63,616 bases of DNA, taken from the NCBI GenBank assembly GCA_051294375.1, contig CM119263.1, positions 27,676,568 to 27,740,183 of the forward strand, written 5' to 3'. Shown one piece after another: positions 11,591 through 24,937 of the stretch. The number at the start of each line of letters is the position of its first letter. Within the stretch, counting starts at the first letter, position 1. The translations under genes and the position numbers were made by a program. Below the pieces are notes generated by a model. It was not told where the DNA came from, searched no databases, and saw only the letters and a list, made by a program, of their open reading frames with translations. The DNA is from Paraspadella gotoi. Lineage: Eukaryota; Animalia; Chaetognatha.

Positions 11591-14363
11591 ATCTCTCGTC
11601 GCCAAATCGAGCCTCATATTTTATGGATCGAAATCGTGATTTTTTTTCCTTTCCTCTCTTCCTTTCCTTCTAAAAATTTGAAATTTAAATTTCTCTCTCT
11701 CTCTTTCTCTNNNNNNNNNNCTCTCTCTCTCTCTCGCTTCTCATCAAATATCCATGATCGCTCAATCTTTCTCCACTATATTCTTCCAACCCAAGAAATG
11801 ATTTTTTTATTTTATAGGCCAACGGCATGTGTTTTAAAAAAAGTACTTTTAGTATTTTCAATTAGTTAACCGATAACTTATATTTTTTTTATAAGAGAAG
11901 AATATTAAACAAAACGTTAAAAATAAATATTTTGTTTTCCCGCGCCATCTTTAAAAGCCGGTGGAAAAGGAAAACAAAATCTGAATCGCGAAAAGAAAGA
12001 AAAACTAAAGGCGACTGAAAAGAGAATCGAGAGAGATGAGAAACCCACCTGCAAAGATAAGGGTCGAAGAGGAGTAAGGTAAGTTTAGGTAAGTTTTGGG
12101 GTGACTGGAAGCCGTTTGGAGTGCCGATGGGAAAGACGGTTAGTCTTGGGGTTGATATTCCCTTTCGAGAAAAATTTAAAAACTAAACAAAAACACTGGA
12201 GGCTCCCTTTTTAACGAAGCAACAGAAATTCATGGGGTATTATATTAAGTAGTACGTATCATACAATAACTAATGTAATATTTTCGATACAAAAAATAGT
12301 TACTACGAATTTTTTTTTGGTAAAGTGTCAATCCGTAAGACCTTAAAATTACTCACTACTCATCATTCAAAAAAAAACTCGCAACTTACCCGTCTCTTCT
12401 TTCCGATCGTTTCCGGTGGGCGTGTCCACTTTTCCTCCCCCCGAGGAACGAGTCGCGCGCCGACTTTATTCTCGAAGAGGAGGCGGCGACAGAGGCGGAA
12501 GCGAAGGAGGCGGGGAAACGCTCGTTACCATAACGACGAGCTGAAGCGGTCGCGGCTGCGGCGGCGGCGGCCTTTGCCGGGCTGAAACGGGCACAGCGGG
12601 ACGAGGATTAGTTTTTAAAAGATTCCCCACTGTGCATAAATTTATGGCGAAAGAGGATTTCCCCCCCCCCGATTTTATTCCTTTACAAGTTTAATCAACA
12701 TTTAAAAATCAGATATGCGTACACTGTTAGCGAAGAACAGATAAAAAACATATTTTATTTATTATAAAATCATAATACAGATCACACTCATACTAAAGGT
12801 TCAAAGCGTACCTGCTCCGCTGCGTCGGTCGGCTGCGTAGGACGCTGCTCCGCCCCTCGTTTTCGCGTCTCTCCGCAGGTGAGCGAAGCCGACGTAGAAA
12901 TAAAAAGTATCAACAAAAGAGAGGAGGGATTTTTACGACGAAGCGGTTAAAGCGGTAAGGTAAGGTAAGGTAAGGGTAAGGGTAAGGGATGATTGGGCGA
13001 AGGGTAAGGGATGCTTGGGCTATGGGTAAGAGATGATTGGGCTAAGGGTAAGGGATGAAGGGAGTGAAGCGGAGAAGGAGGGGCAGGGCTAAAGAAAATA
13101 GGGGTGGGGGAAATCGGGTAAGATAATTGAAAAAAAATGGGGCGTCGGGTGGAAGCTTCTTTTTTTTTTTGACGAGGGGCTGTTTCGTGTGGCCGTACGA
13201 GAAGCGTACGCGAAAAGCCGGTCGCGGGCCTCGTAATTTTGGGCGTGGCCTCTTCTGTCTCCTAGGAGCGGGAAGCGACTGGACCGAATGATTGTGAAAA
13301 TGGGAAGATGGGGGGAGAATGGGGAATGTGGGGCGGTGGTGGGGGGGGTGAGAGTGGTGATGGGGCCCGAGTTAAAAAGGCGGTTAGAGAGACCGAAGTG
13401 GCTCTCTTCCCTTTTTAAAACCTATTTTACGTTCGCTACGGGATTTGTTTTTTTTTCTTCTTCTTCTTTTTTTAGCTCTTAATAGTTTTTTGTTTCGTTT
13501 TTCTTTTTTTTTTTGGTTTAGGGGTTTTTTCTCTTTCTTTTTTATTTTACGAACGTTTTGTGATTTATTTTCCTTCTCTTTCTCTTTCAAAAATTCGTTC
13601 TTTTCACGCAAAATGGCGACTGATGAGAAGGAAAAAAAATTCTTTTCCCTTTTTTTCAAATTTTCTTTATTAATTCTCTTTTCATTTTCCCTTTTACTAT
13701 TTTTTCTCCGTCTAAATGTTTATTCTTTGTTTCTTTTCTTTTCTTTTTGGCGTCGACGAAGGTGAAAGGAGAGATTGAGTAGAAATGAAACGTCGCTCTT
13801 TGACTTTTGTTTCGCTGGCGATTCCCGCTGGTGTCGCTAGCGATAGAATCGGGCTCAAAAACAAAAGATTGGTGGGGCAGTTCAAGATATTTCGTACTGT
13901 ATAATTTTGTGTGTTTTTTTATTTCAAAGAATTTTTTGAGCAAGTTTGGACCGAAATAGATACGATTATATTTTCTTTTTGGAAAATTGAAAAAAATTAA
14001 AATAGTGAAGTTAATTTTGTTTTTATATATATGGCTAAGAGAAGAAATGAATATATTTGACGAAGAAAAAGCGTAGTTCGTGATAAATGAGTCTTTGTTT
14101 GCTTGTTTTGTTTAATTTTGGTTGTTTTTTCAATTTTTAATTGTTTAAACATAAAAGTTAATAGAAGATCCTTCCGTCAATGGACTGCGTCAATGGTGGC
14201 GCCTTGGATGGAACTTGGCCACTTTTTAACCTATTAATAAAAATAAAATATATATTATATTAACAAAAAAACAGTTTTTAACAGTTTTATTGACATTTTC
14301 TTGAAGTCGAGGAAAAATGGCGAACGAGATCGGGAAACGACAGTTGACTCGTCTTTATCGGAA

Positions 14364-14446
<83 letters not shown>

Positions 14447-14962
14447 AAAAGAAGGGGAAGAAACAGGGATAAAGAAAAAGATGGAAAGATGGAAAAAGAG
14501 AAAAATCATTTCGAAGATTAAAACGACACGAGTTTTTATTTTCTTTCACTTTCTTTTCTTTTTTCATTTCTTTTTTCCCCTTCTTTCCCTATTTTTTTCT
14601 TTTGTACCCTTTCCTTTCTTTCCTTTCTTCTTTTTAACCTTTCGTCTTAAAACTCTCTCACCACGTCTTTTTCCTTTTCTTTCCTTTTCTTATCTTTTTT
14701 CCACTTGTTTTTTCTTTTCTTTTCTTTTTTCTACTTGTTCTTCCTTCTATTTTCTTTTTTATCCACTTGTTCTTCGTTTTCTCCTTTTTTTTCTATTTGT
14801 TCTTCCATTTCTTTTCTTTTTTTATTTGTCTTCTTTTTCTTTTCTCTTTTCAACTTCTTCTTCGTTTTCTTCTCTTTTTTCTATTTGTTCTTCCTTTTCT
14901 TCTCTTTTTTCCATTTGTTCTTCTTTTTCTTTTTTTTCCCCCTAAATCTTCCTTTTATTTTC

Positions 14963-15131
14963 TTTTTAGTCACTTTTTGGTCGGTCCGTCCGTCGGTCGG
15001 TCAGTCGGTCCGTAGTTATGTCTGTCCGTCGGTCTGTCCCACTTACGTTAAAAACGCTTATAACTTGCCTATAGTTTGTTGCTCATTTGTTAAAAATCAA
15101 ATCTAAGCGACTACTGGCGCCGCCTTTTGTT
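14963..15131 (+). mobile_element. HINE-like element, family 2
   Basis: 'agtcactttttggtcggtc' plus (GTCC/GTCG)n, shared with 22363-22506 (-) and 61273-61335 (+). Confidence 0.55.
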
Positions 15132-16806
15132 TTCAAATAAAAGATAAATTAAAAGAAAAGTAAAGCGGCGCAACACCGTTCCTTGTTTCTATTTGTTTTT
15201 CCTTTTCTTTCCTTTTTTCTATGTACTTGTTCTTCGTTTTCTTCTCTTTTTTCTATTTGTTCTTCGTTTTCCTCTCTCTCATCTCTCGTTTTTCCGTTTT
15301 CTCTGTTTCCTTTTTTCCTCAATTCATCTCCTTCCAACGTTGCTTCCCTCTCATTTTAATCTTCCAATCCATTTTCTCTCCTTTCCTCCTTCCATTTTTC
15401 CTTCTCTTCTTTTCCTTCTCTCCTTTTACTTCTTCTTTCCTTTCCTTCACTTCTCCTTTCCTCCAGTCTTTTCCTTCTTTCCTTTTTAACGCTTATTCTG
15501 TCATATTTCTTTCTTTTCCTTTTTCTCTCCTTTCCTTCTTTTCTTTTTGCCTTCTTCTCCCCTTTTAATCCTTTAATTTTTTCCTCCTATTTTTTCCTCC
15601 CTCTCTCCTTTCCTCCATTTCTCCTTTCCTACTCTTTTTCCCCCCTCTCTTTCTCCCTTCTTGCCTCTATCCCTTTCCACCTATTCTCCTTTCCTCCCTC
15701 TCTTCTTTTCTTCTTTTCTTCTCTCTCTTCCTTCCTCCCTCTCCCCTTTCCTCTCTTATTTATTTTCCTCCTACTCTCCTTTCTTCTCTATCTTCTTTCC
15801 CTCTTTTTCTCTCTCTTTCTCTCCTTTCCTCCCTCTCTCCTTTCCTCCCTCATTTCTTTTCTTTCTAACTCTCCTTTTCTCCCTCTCTCCTTTCCTTCTC
15901 TCCAGGCCCATGATTTATCTCTTGGCGTCTCTGACAGGCGTTTTACTCATTATCCTTTCGTTGTGACGAGGTGGTTCCTTGGAATGGTGGTAAGGGTTGT
16001 GGAGGTAAGTTAGTGTCACCGAAAGGTAAGTGGAGCGAAGAGAAGTATGTAGTTAGTGAATTGTGACGGAAACAAAGAAACTTTTTGGAAGGAAATAAGG
16101 AAAATTAAAAGAGTCATGGGTTGAGGATGAAGGAAAAAGGAGAAGAGAGAGAAGAAGAAGAAGAGAAGAGATGCAGAAAATGAGAGAGGAAAAAAAGAAA
16201 GAGAAAAAAGAAAGAAAATCAGGGGGAAAAAGAAATATTAAAGGTAAAAGCCAACACAAAACAGAATTAAGAAGCGCAGGAAGGCAGAAAAATTTTGCCT
16301 TAGAAATAAGATGATATTTAAAACGAGTTAAAAAAAAGAATTTAAAACATTTAAAAAACAAAACAGTCAGAGATATGATTATATAAAAACACATTAATAA
16401 CGAAACACTCGGAAAAATGATAAAATAAAAACATTTGAAAAAAAAAGAAACCTTGTCGGGGGGAAAATGACGGGAATGAATAATGAAGATGGACAACCGC
16501 CGACGAGGAATTCGTCATAAAAGGAGGAAAGGGAGGAAAAGAAAGAAAAGAAATGGAGGAAAAAGGAAAGAAAAGAAAGATGAAGCGACAAATGGAATGA
16601 AAGCGAAACCAAAAAAAAGGAAAGTAAAAAGAGAGAAGAAGATGGATGGAAGGATGAAGGGAGATGGAGAGCGGGAAGGAGAAATTAAATTGAAAGTCTT
16701 AACGAAAAAGTATTTTCAATTGACGGAAGCCACCAAAGTTTTTGATAAAGAAGATACATATATAGGTGCAAAGAAAAATGTACCTACTACGGACGTAAAA
16801 TGAAAA

Positions 16807-16888
<82 letters not shown>

Positions 16889-16969
16889 CAATAAAAAATG
16901 AGAGCCGGGACATGGATGAATGACTGAACGTCGCCCGTGTATCGGAGAGCCTCGAGAAGAGAGAGACTT

Positions 16970-17190
16970 ATGGGAGAACGTCAGAGGATATAAGGAAGAA
17001 AGTCTCTTGATAAACGACGCGATGGGAGAATGTAATAAGATCGATGGGAGAACGCGATAAGATCGATGGGAGAACGCGATGGGAGAATGTGGCAAGATCG
17101 GTGGAAGAAAGCAATGCGAGAATGTTGTATGATTGATTGGAGAACGCGATGGGATAATGTGGCAACATAGAGGGAAGATTGGATGAGAAA
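16970..17190. repeat. Degenerate minisatellite (atgggagaacgcgat-like)
   Basis: Repeated gatgggagaa units. Confidence 0.7.
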
Positions 17191-18487
17191 TCATGCAGTA
17201 TCTCCTGGCAGATTGTCATTTAATGTCAGATGAAAGAGTGCAAGTAAATGCTTCGATTGTCATGCGATTCTATGGGCCACTGAAAGCGTACACCGTGAGG
17301 GTGATAGTTGATTCTTGACAGTCGCCGTGAATGAGAAGTATGATATATGACATGTGTAACGCAGTAATAGACATGTGGAAAACAATTTTGAGGAATCTCA
17401 AAATTTCAAACAATTTTGAGGAATCTCAAAATTTCAAACAAACGATTGCAAAGATCAACAAAAGATGATAAACACTTGGAAAAATTCAAACGGTCGAGGA
17501 TCGAGGCTGTTGAACTCTTTACGTTCTTTCTCTTCTCTTTCTTTTCTCTTCGACTTATCGCCCGTCGCCCTCATCATCGGCCATCCCGTGCCATCCTTCA
17601 ATACTTTTCCTATCTCCCTTCACTACCCACTACCCACTCATCAATATCTTCAATCCCTTACCCCAAGTCAGCCTCACCGCTTGACATTCGACTCTTTCCT
17701 TATCATATTTCGACCTCACCCTCTCGACCTTACCTCCACTTTGCCCCCCCCCCACCCTGCACCAGCGTCGGAATTAATAAACACCAAAGCCAAACGGTTC
17801 CTCATGAATTATGCAGAGTGCGCTTCTGAGTATCCTCCCCATTCGGCTTCAACTTTCGAGTGGGTCGATATTTTTCCGGGATTATCATTCGCCACTCACC
17901 CGATGATACTTACCCAATGACACTTACCCAAAGCAAGTACTTGTGATATTTAACGATTGTTTAGTATCACTCATTTAGTAGATTTATTTTTTACCCATTA
18001 TTACTATTTATTTATTTCATTTTTTTCTTTTTATTTATCATTTATATACCTTTTCTGTATTTATAAAAAGTATTACTACATTATTCACTACTCAGTACTT
18101 AAAATTAAGTTGAGTGTTTAACGATTTTAAACCTCCCATCCCCTCACCCTTCTTCTTCAACCTCGCGCCTCAACGACCCCGCCGTCAACTTACCCGCTCA
18201 CACTGAGACACGCCTCAGTCCTCTCGCATCCTCATCTCCTCTCCATCTCCACAAACCACGATTTTAACCACAAGTAAGTTTGACTCTGCGTCAAACTAAT
18301 GCCGCCCTCTACTTTATTTCAAAATAATTCACGGGGCCCGTCAAGTCCGTAACACTGACGGCGACAAACGCGTCATCAAATTCCTTCGGGCGTGACGATG
18401 ACGATGACGATGACGACGTGAAAACAATGACGCGACAATAACAATGACGCGAGTTGAAATCCGAAACGACATGGAGATTATGACGAG

Positions 18488-18603
<116 letters not shown>

Positions 18604-18759
18604 GAGAGAGACAGTTGGGTATAGGAGAAAGAAAAAGGAAATTATTCCTTATCTTTTCTCTTTATTACCTCTATTTCTCTCCCATCTTCTCTTTCTTCCT
18701 CTTTTTCCTCTCCGTCCTTCCTCTCTTCTTCTCCCTCCTTTTCACCCTCCCCTTAATCT

Positions 18760-19066
18760 CCTCCTCGCATTACATCTCCACTTTCACTTTCTCTTTCCTC
18801 CCCCTCGCACTCCTTCCCTTCCTCTTCTTCTCCCTTTCCTCCCTCTCCTAAAACTCCTCGGAATACAACTCTTCTTCGCATTACATCTCCTCTTTCACTT
18901 CCTCTTTCCTCCCTCTCTCACTCCTTCCCTTCATCTTCTTCTCCCTTTCCTCCCTCTCCTAAAACTCCTCGGATTACAACTCTTCCACGCATTACATCTC
19001 CTCTTTCACTTCCTCTTTCCTCCCTCTTCTCCTTTCCACTTTCCCCTTAATCTCCTCCTCGCATTA
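18760..19066. repeat. ~110-bp pyrimidine-rich tandem repeat (about 3 units)
   Basis: cgcattacatctcc...ctaaaactcctcgga recurs. Confidence 0.85.
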
Positions 19067-19609
19067 CGACGACCGATCAACGGATTAAAATCTCCGCCGA
19101 ACGAGAATCCTTCTCCCGGATGTAAAGGAGGAATAAAACCTGGGACGAGGATGTAATTGGAATAAGAGCCTCGTACTTAATGCGGAAATTTTAGGGAACG
19201 GATGCTGTTGAGTCACACAACTTGGGTAACGGGGAGCAGAATTTTTCTATTCCTCTAAAATCAGTCAGTTATTTGAAACTTTATCGCTTGCGACTGTACA
19301 GTATACACTATACACATGCGTCTTACAATTAATTATATTCCCCCCCCAAAAAAGTTTGAGTCAAAGATTGAGAGCAAAAACCAAGTCTTTCTAAGACTGA
19401 AATAGGAAAGGCTGTTTCCCATTGATTTGCTTTGAAAATAGGTTGTCAGTGCTTTTTTTGTGAACTTGGTAAAATTCTGTAAACGACTATGGGTATTTTA
19501 TAAGGCGGAACAGGTTACAAACTAACAGAAGTCCGGTATAAATATTGTTAATGTGTTTTTTAAAGATCGTGAAAATAAAAAAAAATTAGGATTTATCTTA
19601 TAGTTAAAC

Positions 19610-19988
19610 GCATGGAAGCGATTTTATATTATCTGAATACTATATAATGTTAAAAGTTTTTTTTAATAAATTTTAATTTTATTGAACGGATTCTGATAGA
19701 ACTTGAAAAGTTAGATGAAGGTTATTAATACAACTTTTTGAAATTTTAATGATTTATCTATGAAAATTAACAAAAACTATAAAATTTAATGAATGCTGAT
19801 AATGATGATGATTTTTTAAGGTTTTTTCAAATTTTAGCCCATTTATCATTAAAATTTTTGAAATTTGTAGTACTAACCTTTATCTAACTTTTTAATCTTT
19901 ATCACAATCCATTTTTAAAAATTTTAATTTCTTAAAATTTTTTTAAAGCATTTCTTATATACTGTTAAATATTAAAATGCTTCCATGC
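19610..19988. mobile_element. Foldback MITE (long imperfect inverted repeat)
   Basis: gcatggaagc/gcttccatgc termini and internal aaaagttagatgaaggtta/taacctttatctaactttt arms. Confidence 0.7.
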
Positions 19989-20722
19989 ATAAGGAAAATT
20001 AATTTAATCAAAATCTAACATCATATATCAATTTGGTTGTAAAAGGACAAAAGACTTTTATTGCGGACTTTTTCATATTGTAAAAAATGTTAAATTTTGG
20101 CCCGCCTTTGTGGGTAACTTCCAGGTTCCCAGGATCTCTTATAGAAGGCATGCGAGCACGAAAAAAGAACCAGCGGATTTATATATCTTTCTTATTGTAA
20201 CACCTCTCCAGTCATCTAGTCGCTTACGTAGTATATTCAAAAGCCTACTACTCCAGCTGAGCATCATCTTTTCCATCATCTTTTCCATTGTTGTTTTTAA
20301 ATACACATCACGTTCCCGGTAGCAATTCTGTATTGTATTCGATCTCTTGTATTGTTCATGAATCTATTGTAAAGATGCTGACTTAATCATAGGCATTAAT
20401 GACTTCCTTGCTTCACACAATACATACACGTCATTCCAGCAGGCATCTTTCGTTGTACTGGATCCATATTATTTAAGAAAACACGTACGTTATATACGAA
20501 ATATGCGTACGTAAATCCTCGTCGTTTATCGACATTGCAGAAACTAAAACATTCTACATACTACTAACTCAAGCAACATAAAACATATGTAAAAGAGTAT
20601 TTCTTTGTAACATTAAAATTTTTTAGTATTAAATTATTTTTTTATTCAAATATCGAATTGTTGTTTTTCTTTCTTTTCGTTGGTTGAAGTTAGCAAGAGA
20701 AATATTTATTTTTCACAACGAA

Positions 20723-21501
20723 TTTTTAGTCGACTCTATAATTCACTTTGTCAGTCCGTCGGTCCGCCCCCTCAATCTTGTCGGGCATTCATTATATCAT
20801 GTCAGAACATCGAATTATGATAAATTATGCAAAAAAAAAACGATGTCCTGTCTGTCTGTCTGTCTGTCCGTCCGTCCCACCTTAGCAAAAAACACCAATT
20901 ACTCGTGATTGGTTAGATGGATTGGAATGAAATTTTGTGTGTGGGTAGGGAAGTGTGTGATTGAGCCGGATATGAAGTTTCGATGGAATCGTCCGAGTGG
21001 AAATGAGTTTAAATGGAAAAAACAAAAGTCATATTTACTTTTAAGTATTTTACTTATATATATTCATAATTATTATATTTATTATAAATTGAACAGATAA
21101 ATTGAAATAAAAATTTTTGTGTGGGTAGGAAAGTATGGAATTAAGTTGGATATAAATTTTTGATGAAATCCTAGGAGTGGAAAAGTGTTTAAATTAGAAA
21201 ACCAAAGGACATATTGATTTGAATATTTAAAAGTTTCTCTCTCTCTATTTTTTTCCAATTGATTGATTTATTTATTGATTGTTAATTTTATTAACTGAGT
21301 GATTGATGAATTTTTAAATTGATTAATTTAGAAATCTGTTATGATTTATTATGTTATGATCTAGTTATGATTAGTTATGTTTCTCTCTCTCTCTATTTAT
21401 TTATGATTTTTCTTGTCACATTCATCGGACAGACGATCTGATTAGTTGCTTTCTGCTAAATTATCATAGGCAGATCCGACATTGTTTGCTCAAACTTGTT
21501 T
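20723..21501 (+). mobile_element. HINE-like element, family 1 (apparently complete)
   Basis: TTTTTAGTCGAC start, GTCT tract, core and conserved 3' hairpin end. Confidence 0.7.
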
Positions 21502-21502
21502 C

Positions 21503-21655
21503 AATTTAAACTCACACTCAAAACTTTCTTTCAATCCAACCATCCAATCAAGAGTAATTGGGGTTTAATGCTAAGGTGGAATGGAAAGACAGACAGACAG
21601 ACAGAGAGACAGACATAAATTTTTTTGCATAATTTCTCATAATACGATGTTTGAT
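21503..21655 (-). mobile_element. Inverted partial copy of family-1 HINE
   Basis: Reverse complement of about 20800-20940. Confidence 0.6.
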
Positions 21656-22254
21656 TATGCTAGTTAAAAAAATAGAGCGAGTTTAAAAAATGATACCAGT
21701 TAAAAAAATAATGCGAATTGAAAAAACGATTTAAGTTAAAAAAATGATGCAAAGTAAAAAAATGAAGCAAGTTCAGTGAAATCCGTTGCAAGCAATTTAC
21801 ATGTATTGGCGCATCCACTGGTTTGGTATGATGTATGATGGTGTGATGTTTTTATGAAATTGGTACAACGAGTATAAAATTATCCATTCATTTAATAAAT
21901 AAGCTATCTTGCCCCTGACTTTGGACAGGCTTTGGTGGTTTAAGGCTTCCATCACTCTTACAGGATAATGACATAGCAGGTCCCTGCAAGCTTTCAATCT
22001 AGACTCTCTCACAGTCTCGTTTATTCACTCCCAGAGTACCTGATTTCCCTATCTATGAAGTGGTATAATATTTCAAAGAATGTTTCAATTGTATGAAAAG
22101 ACCACTCCCTCAAGTATTATATCGGGGAATACTATATTGTACTCCACCCAGCATCAAAATACAAGGAGCTGAATTTTATGAAATTGGTACAATCAATATA
22201 AAATTATTCATTTATTTATTAAATAAGCTATCTTTGGATAGGCTTATGTTATTA

Positions 22255-22352
22255 TCACAAATTGAAAGAATTATCGTGATTTATCAACTGATTAGCTGAT
22301 TACCATTTAATTATTATAGGCAGATCCGACATTGTTTGCTCAAACTTGTTTT
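22255..22352 (+). mobile_element. Family-1 HINE 3' end
   Basis: Conserved terminal motif. Confidence 0.6.
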
Positions 22353-22362
22353 CTGTCTTAAA

Positions 22363-22506
22363 AAATGAGCAATCAACTATAGACAAATTACATGCATTTT
22401 TATACTTAGTGGGACGACCGACGGACAGACATACCGACAGACCAACAGACCGACCAAAAAGTGACTTATAGAGTTTCTCCGCGAGTACTCGCGGCGCAAC
22501 TAAAAA
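22363..22506 (-). mobile_element. HINE-like element, family 2
   Basis: Reverse complement of the 14963/61273 motif; contains the palindrome ccgcgagtactcgcgg. Confidence 0.55.
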
Positions 22507-22972
22507 CTGTCACAGTTAATTTGTGATTTCAGATGCCAAATTTAACAGAAGATACAGAACAAAGTCCCTACCATATGGAATGGTCAAGAAACATTTTTAA
22601 TTTTCTTAAAACTAATACTGTTGGCAAGAGTAGTTTATTAGAGGTATGTACTTGTTTAAGACGTTCCATTTCTACAGAAAATTTATCTACACAATCAGTT
22701 TTATACAATCATACAAAAGAATATCTTATTCACGCTTAAAGCAAAAAATCAAGAAAATGATTTTAAAGAAGCACCAAATAATTTATTGCTTTAACTCAAT
22801 TTAATGAAATTGAATTTTTTAGATGGAGAAAAGTGAATTATTGCATGAAAATTACAAAATCAAGGGTTTAATTTTACATTAGTGGAACGTTACATATCTA
22901 ACAATATATAATTATTTTTTTTTACATTTAAATTAGGCCATCAAACGGTTACAATCTGAGAAGGAAGCCAGA

Positions 22973-23872
22973 ATGCAGCATCTAAATTTCATCAATCTGA
23001 TCATCGGTGGGTTTGTTCTGCAGTCAATTATGGGCATAACGATACAGCCCTACCTGGTCATCAAGTTGAAAGGGGTAATGCGCACTTTCATGGCCTTAGA
23101 GTATTTTTTCATCTTTGCCTGTTCACTTAATTGGTTTTTATTTGAAGGCAACAACTATAACTTTTTTAACACTATTTATTCTCCTAATCTTTATCACCAT
23201 TTTTCACTTTTATTTGCAAAAATGTATTTTTGTAATGGGACATATTTTTATTTTTTGAATCTTCGAAAAACATTCTTGTGTTTGATTTTATTTGACATTC
23301 ATCAAATGGTATGTTTTCCATTAAAGTATAAGGAGTATAACACAAAGAAAAAAGTTGCAATGCGCTATTTATTCGCCATATTTTGTCTCTCGATCTTTCA
23401 TGTTGGAGATATAATTGCGATACTCCTCTTAATTTCAAGAAATTTCTCATATGCTGCCATAAAAAAGCTGGACAAAGCCAGCATTTACCTGAATGGAATT
23501 TATGAGCTGGCACTGATAGCAATCAGTATCAGGCGGGCGGTTTGCATTAAGGCCGAGCTCAATAGAAGAATCAGGGTGGTAAAAAAGGACTTCTCATCTT
23601 TATGTATACTGACAATAGGCATAGTCACTGTTACGACGATCTATACAGTGGTTGGTCTGTCACTCCGTATCATTGCAAGGACAATGATTTCTGCAAAAGG
23701 ACAAACCATCATTAAAATGATTTGCTTTATCAATGATTCTTTATTTGGATTAAGTATCATGATTCTTTATCTCGTTTCATTTCCTAAACTGAGGAGGTTC
23801 AAATCGAAATTAAAAAGACTTCTTTCACTTTCTTTTTTTAATGTATTTAAAAAAAAAAACTTCTATTATTAA
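22973..23872 (+). CDS. Divergent rhodopsin-like (class A) 7TM GPCR, possibly a chemoreceptor
   Basis: 299-aa ORF with about 7 hydrophobic segments. LILFDIHQMVCFPLKY aligns to 'DRYxAIChPLrY', and TM7 is followed by a basic helix-8-like tail. A possible upstream exon 22533-22643 (GAG|gtatgt) splices in frame to the acceptor at 22937. Confidence 0.75.
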   Translation: MQHLNFINLIIGGFVLQSIMGITIQPYLVIKLKGVMRTFMALEYFFIFACSLNWFLFEGNNYNFFNTIYSPNLYHHFSLLFAKMYFCNGTYFYFLNLRKTFLCLILFDIHQMVCFPLKYKEYNTKKKVAMRYLFAIFCLSIFHVGDIIAILLLISRNFSYAAIKKLDKASIYLNGIYELALIAISIRRAVCIKAELNRRIRVVKKDFSSLCILTIGIVTVTTIYTVVGLSLRIIARTMISAKGQTIIKMICFINDSLFGLSIMILYLVSFPKLRRFKSKLKRLLSLSFFNVFKKKNFYY

Positions 23873-24117
23873 ATATTATACCCTTAAAATATGGCACAGT
23901 AGTATACATTTTCAAACAGTATTTTGCTTAACCCTTTATCACTTTTTACATTTTACATTTTCTTATTGTTTTTGCACATAGAGTACAACTAGTACAACTA
24001 TATAACTTTAATTAATATCGCTGTTTAAACTTTAATTTACTGTTTGTGTTTGAGATAGTTTTTTCTTTGAAATTAGTTTGCCCAAAATTAAAAATAATGC
24101 GTTGGCCCTGTATTTTA

Positions 24118-24240
24118 AAACAAGTTTGAGCAAACAATGTCGGATCTGCCTACGATAATTTAGTTCTTCAATTAGTAATTAGTAACAGATTATAAAAGAT
24201 AACATAACATAACAAATCAAAACAGACTTCTTAATAAATC
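24118..24240 (-). mobile_element. Family-1 HINE 3' end (reverse)
   Basis: aaacaagtttgagcaaacaatgtcggatctgcc. Confidence 0.6.
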
Positions 24241-24937
24241 TAATCTAATAAATGTTTGTTTACCAAAAGATATAATAATTTTTCTAAAGAGATAAATATA
24301 CGATGATTGATAGTCGATGCAATTGTGATAATGATTTTTGATGCGATGATAGTCATTCATTGATGCGATGAAAACCATTCAATGATTCTATAATAGTCAT
24401 TGATAGTCCTTTATCAAAAATATGATAGACATTCTTTTTTACGATAATAGCCATTCACAGTTGCAATGATAATCATTCATTGATGCAATGATTTATAAAA
24501 TGATAACTAGATATTGTAGGATGATAAACAATCATGAAAAGATAACCATTTATCGATGCAATAATAAAGGGCTATCAAAGCAATGATATGAATTTAGAGT
24601 GTCTGATAAAGATGAAGAATAAAACATAGAAAATTTGGTTCAGGAGGTAAAACGAAAAGATAATAAAAAATAGTGAAACGTCAACTCTTTTAAATTTTTA
24701 AAATAAATTGTTTTCGTAATCATCTGGGTTTATATTTAAATTTTTTATGTGTTTTCTTTTTAAGTCAATAGTGCCGCACTACGAGGCGATTGACCCCTGA
24801 ATTACAAATTAATGTTAATTTATTTATTTAGTTAAAAACCAAAACAAACAGACAAACAAATGCAATTTTCGTACTCAAATCGTTGATGTTTTTTATTTTC
24901 CAACTCCCAGTAGACCAGCTTGCTTACTTTCTTAGTT

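Noticed and set aside
12380-13290. Coding exons in a CpG-rich island with splice-like signals
   Set aside because: No consistent reading frame or homology; possibly non-coding exons or a promoter, but this cannot be supported from sequence alone.
20100-20500. Decayed gag zinc knuckle (CMYCVKQGSH) on the minus strand
   Set aside because: Immediately followed by stop codons, with no other supporting motif.
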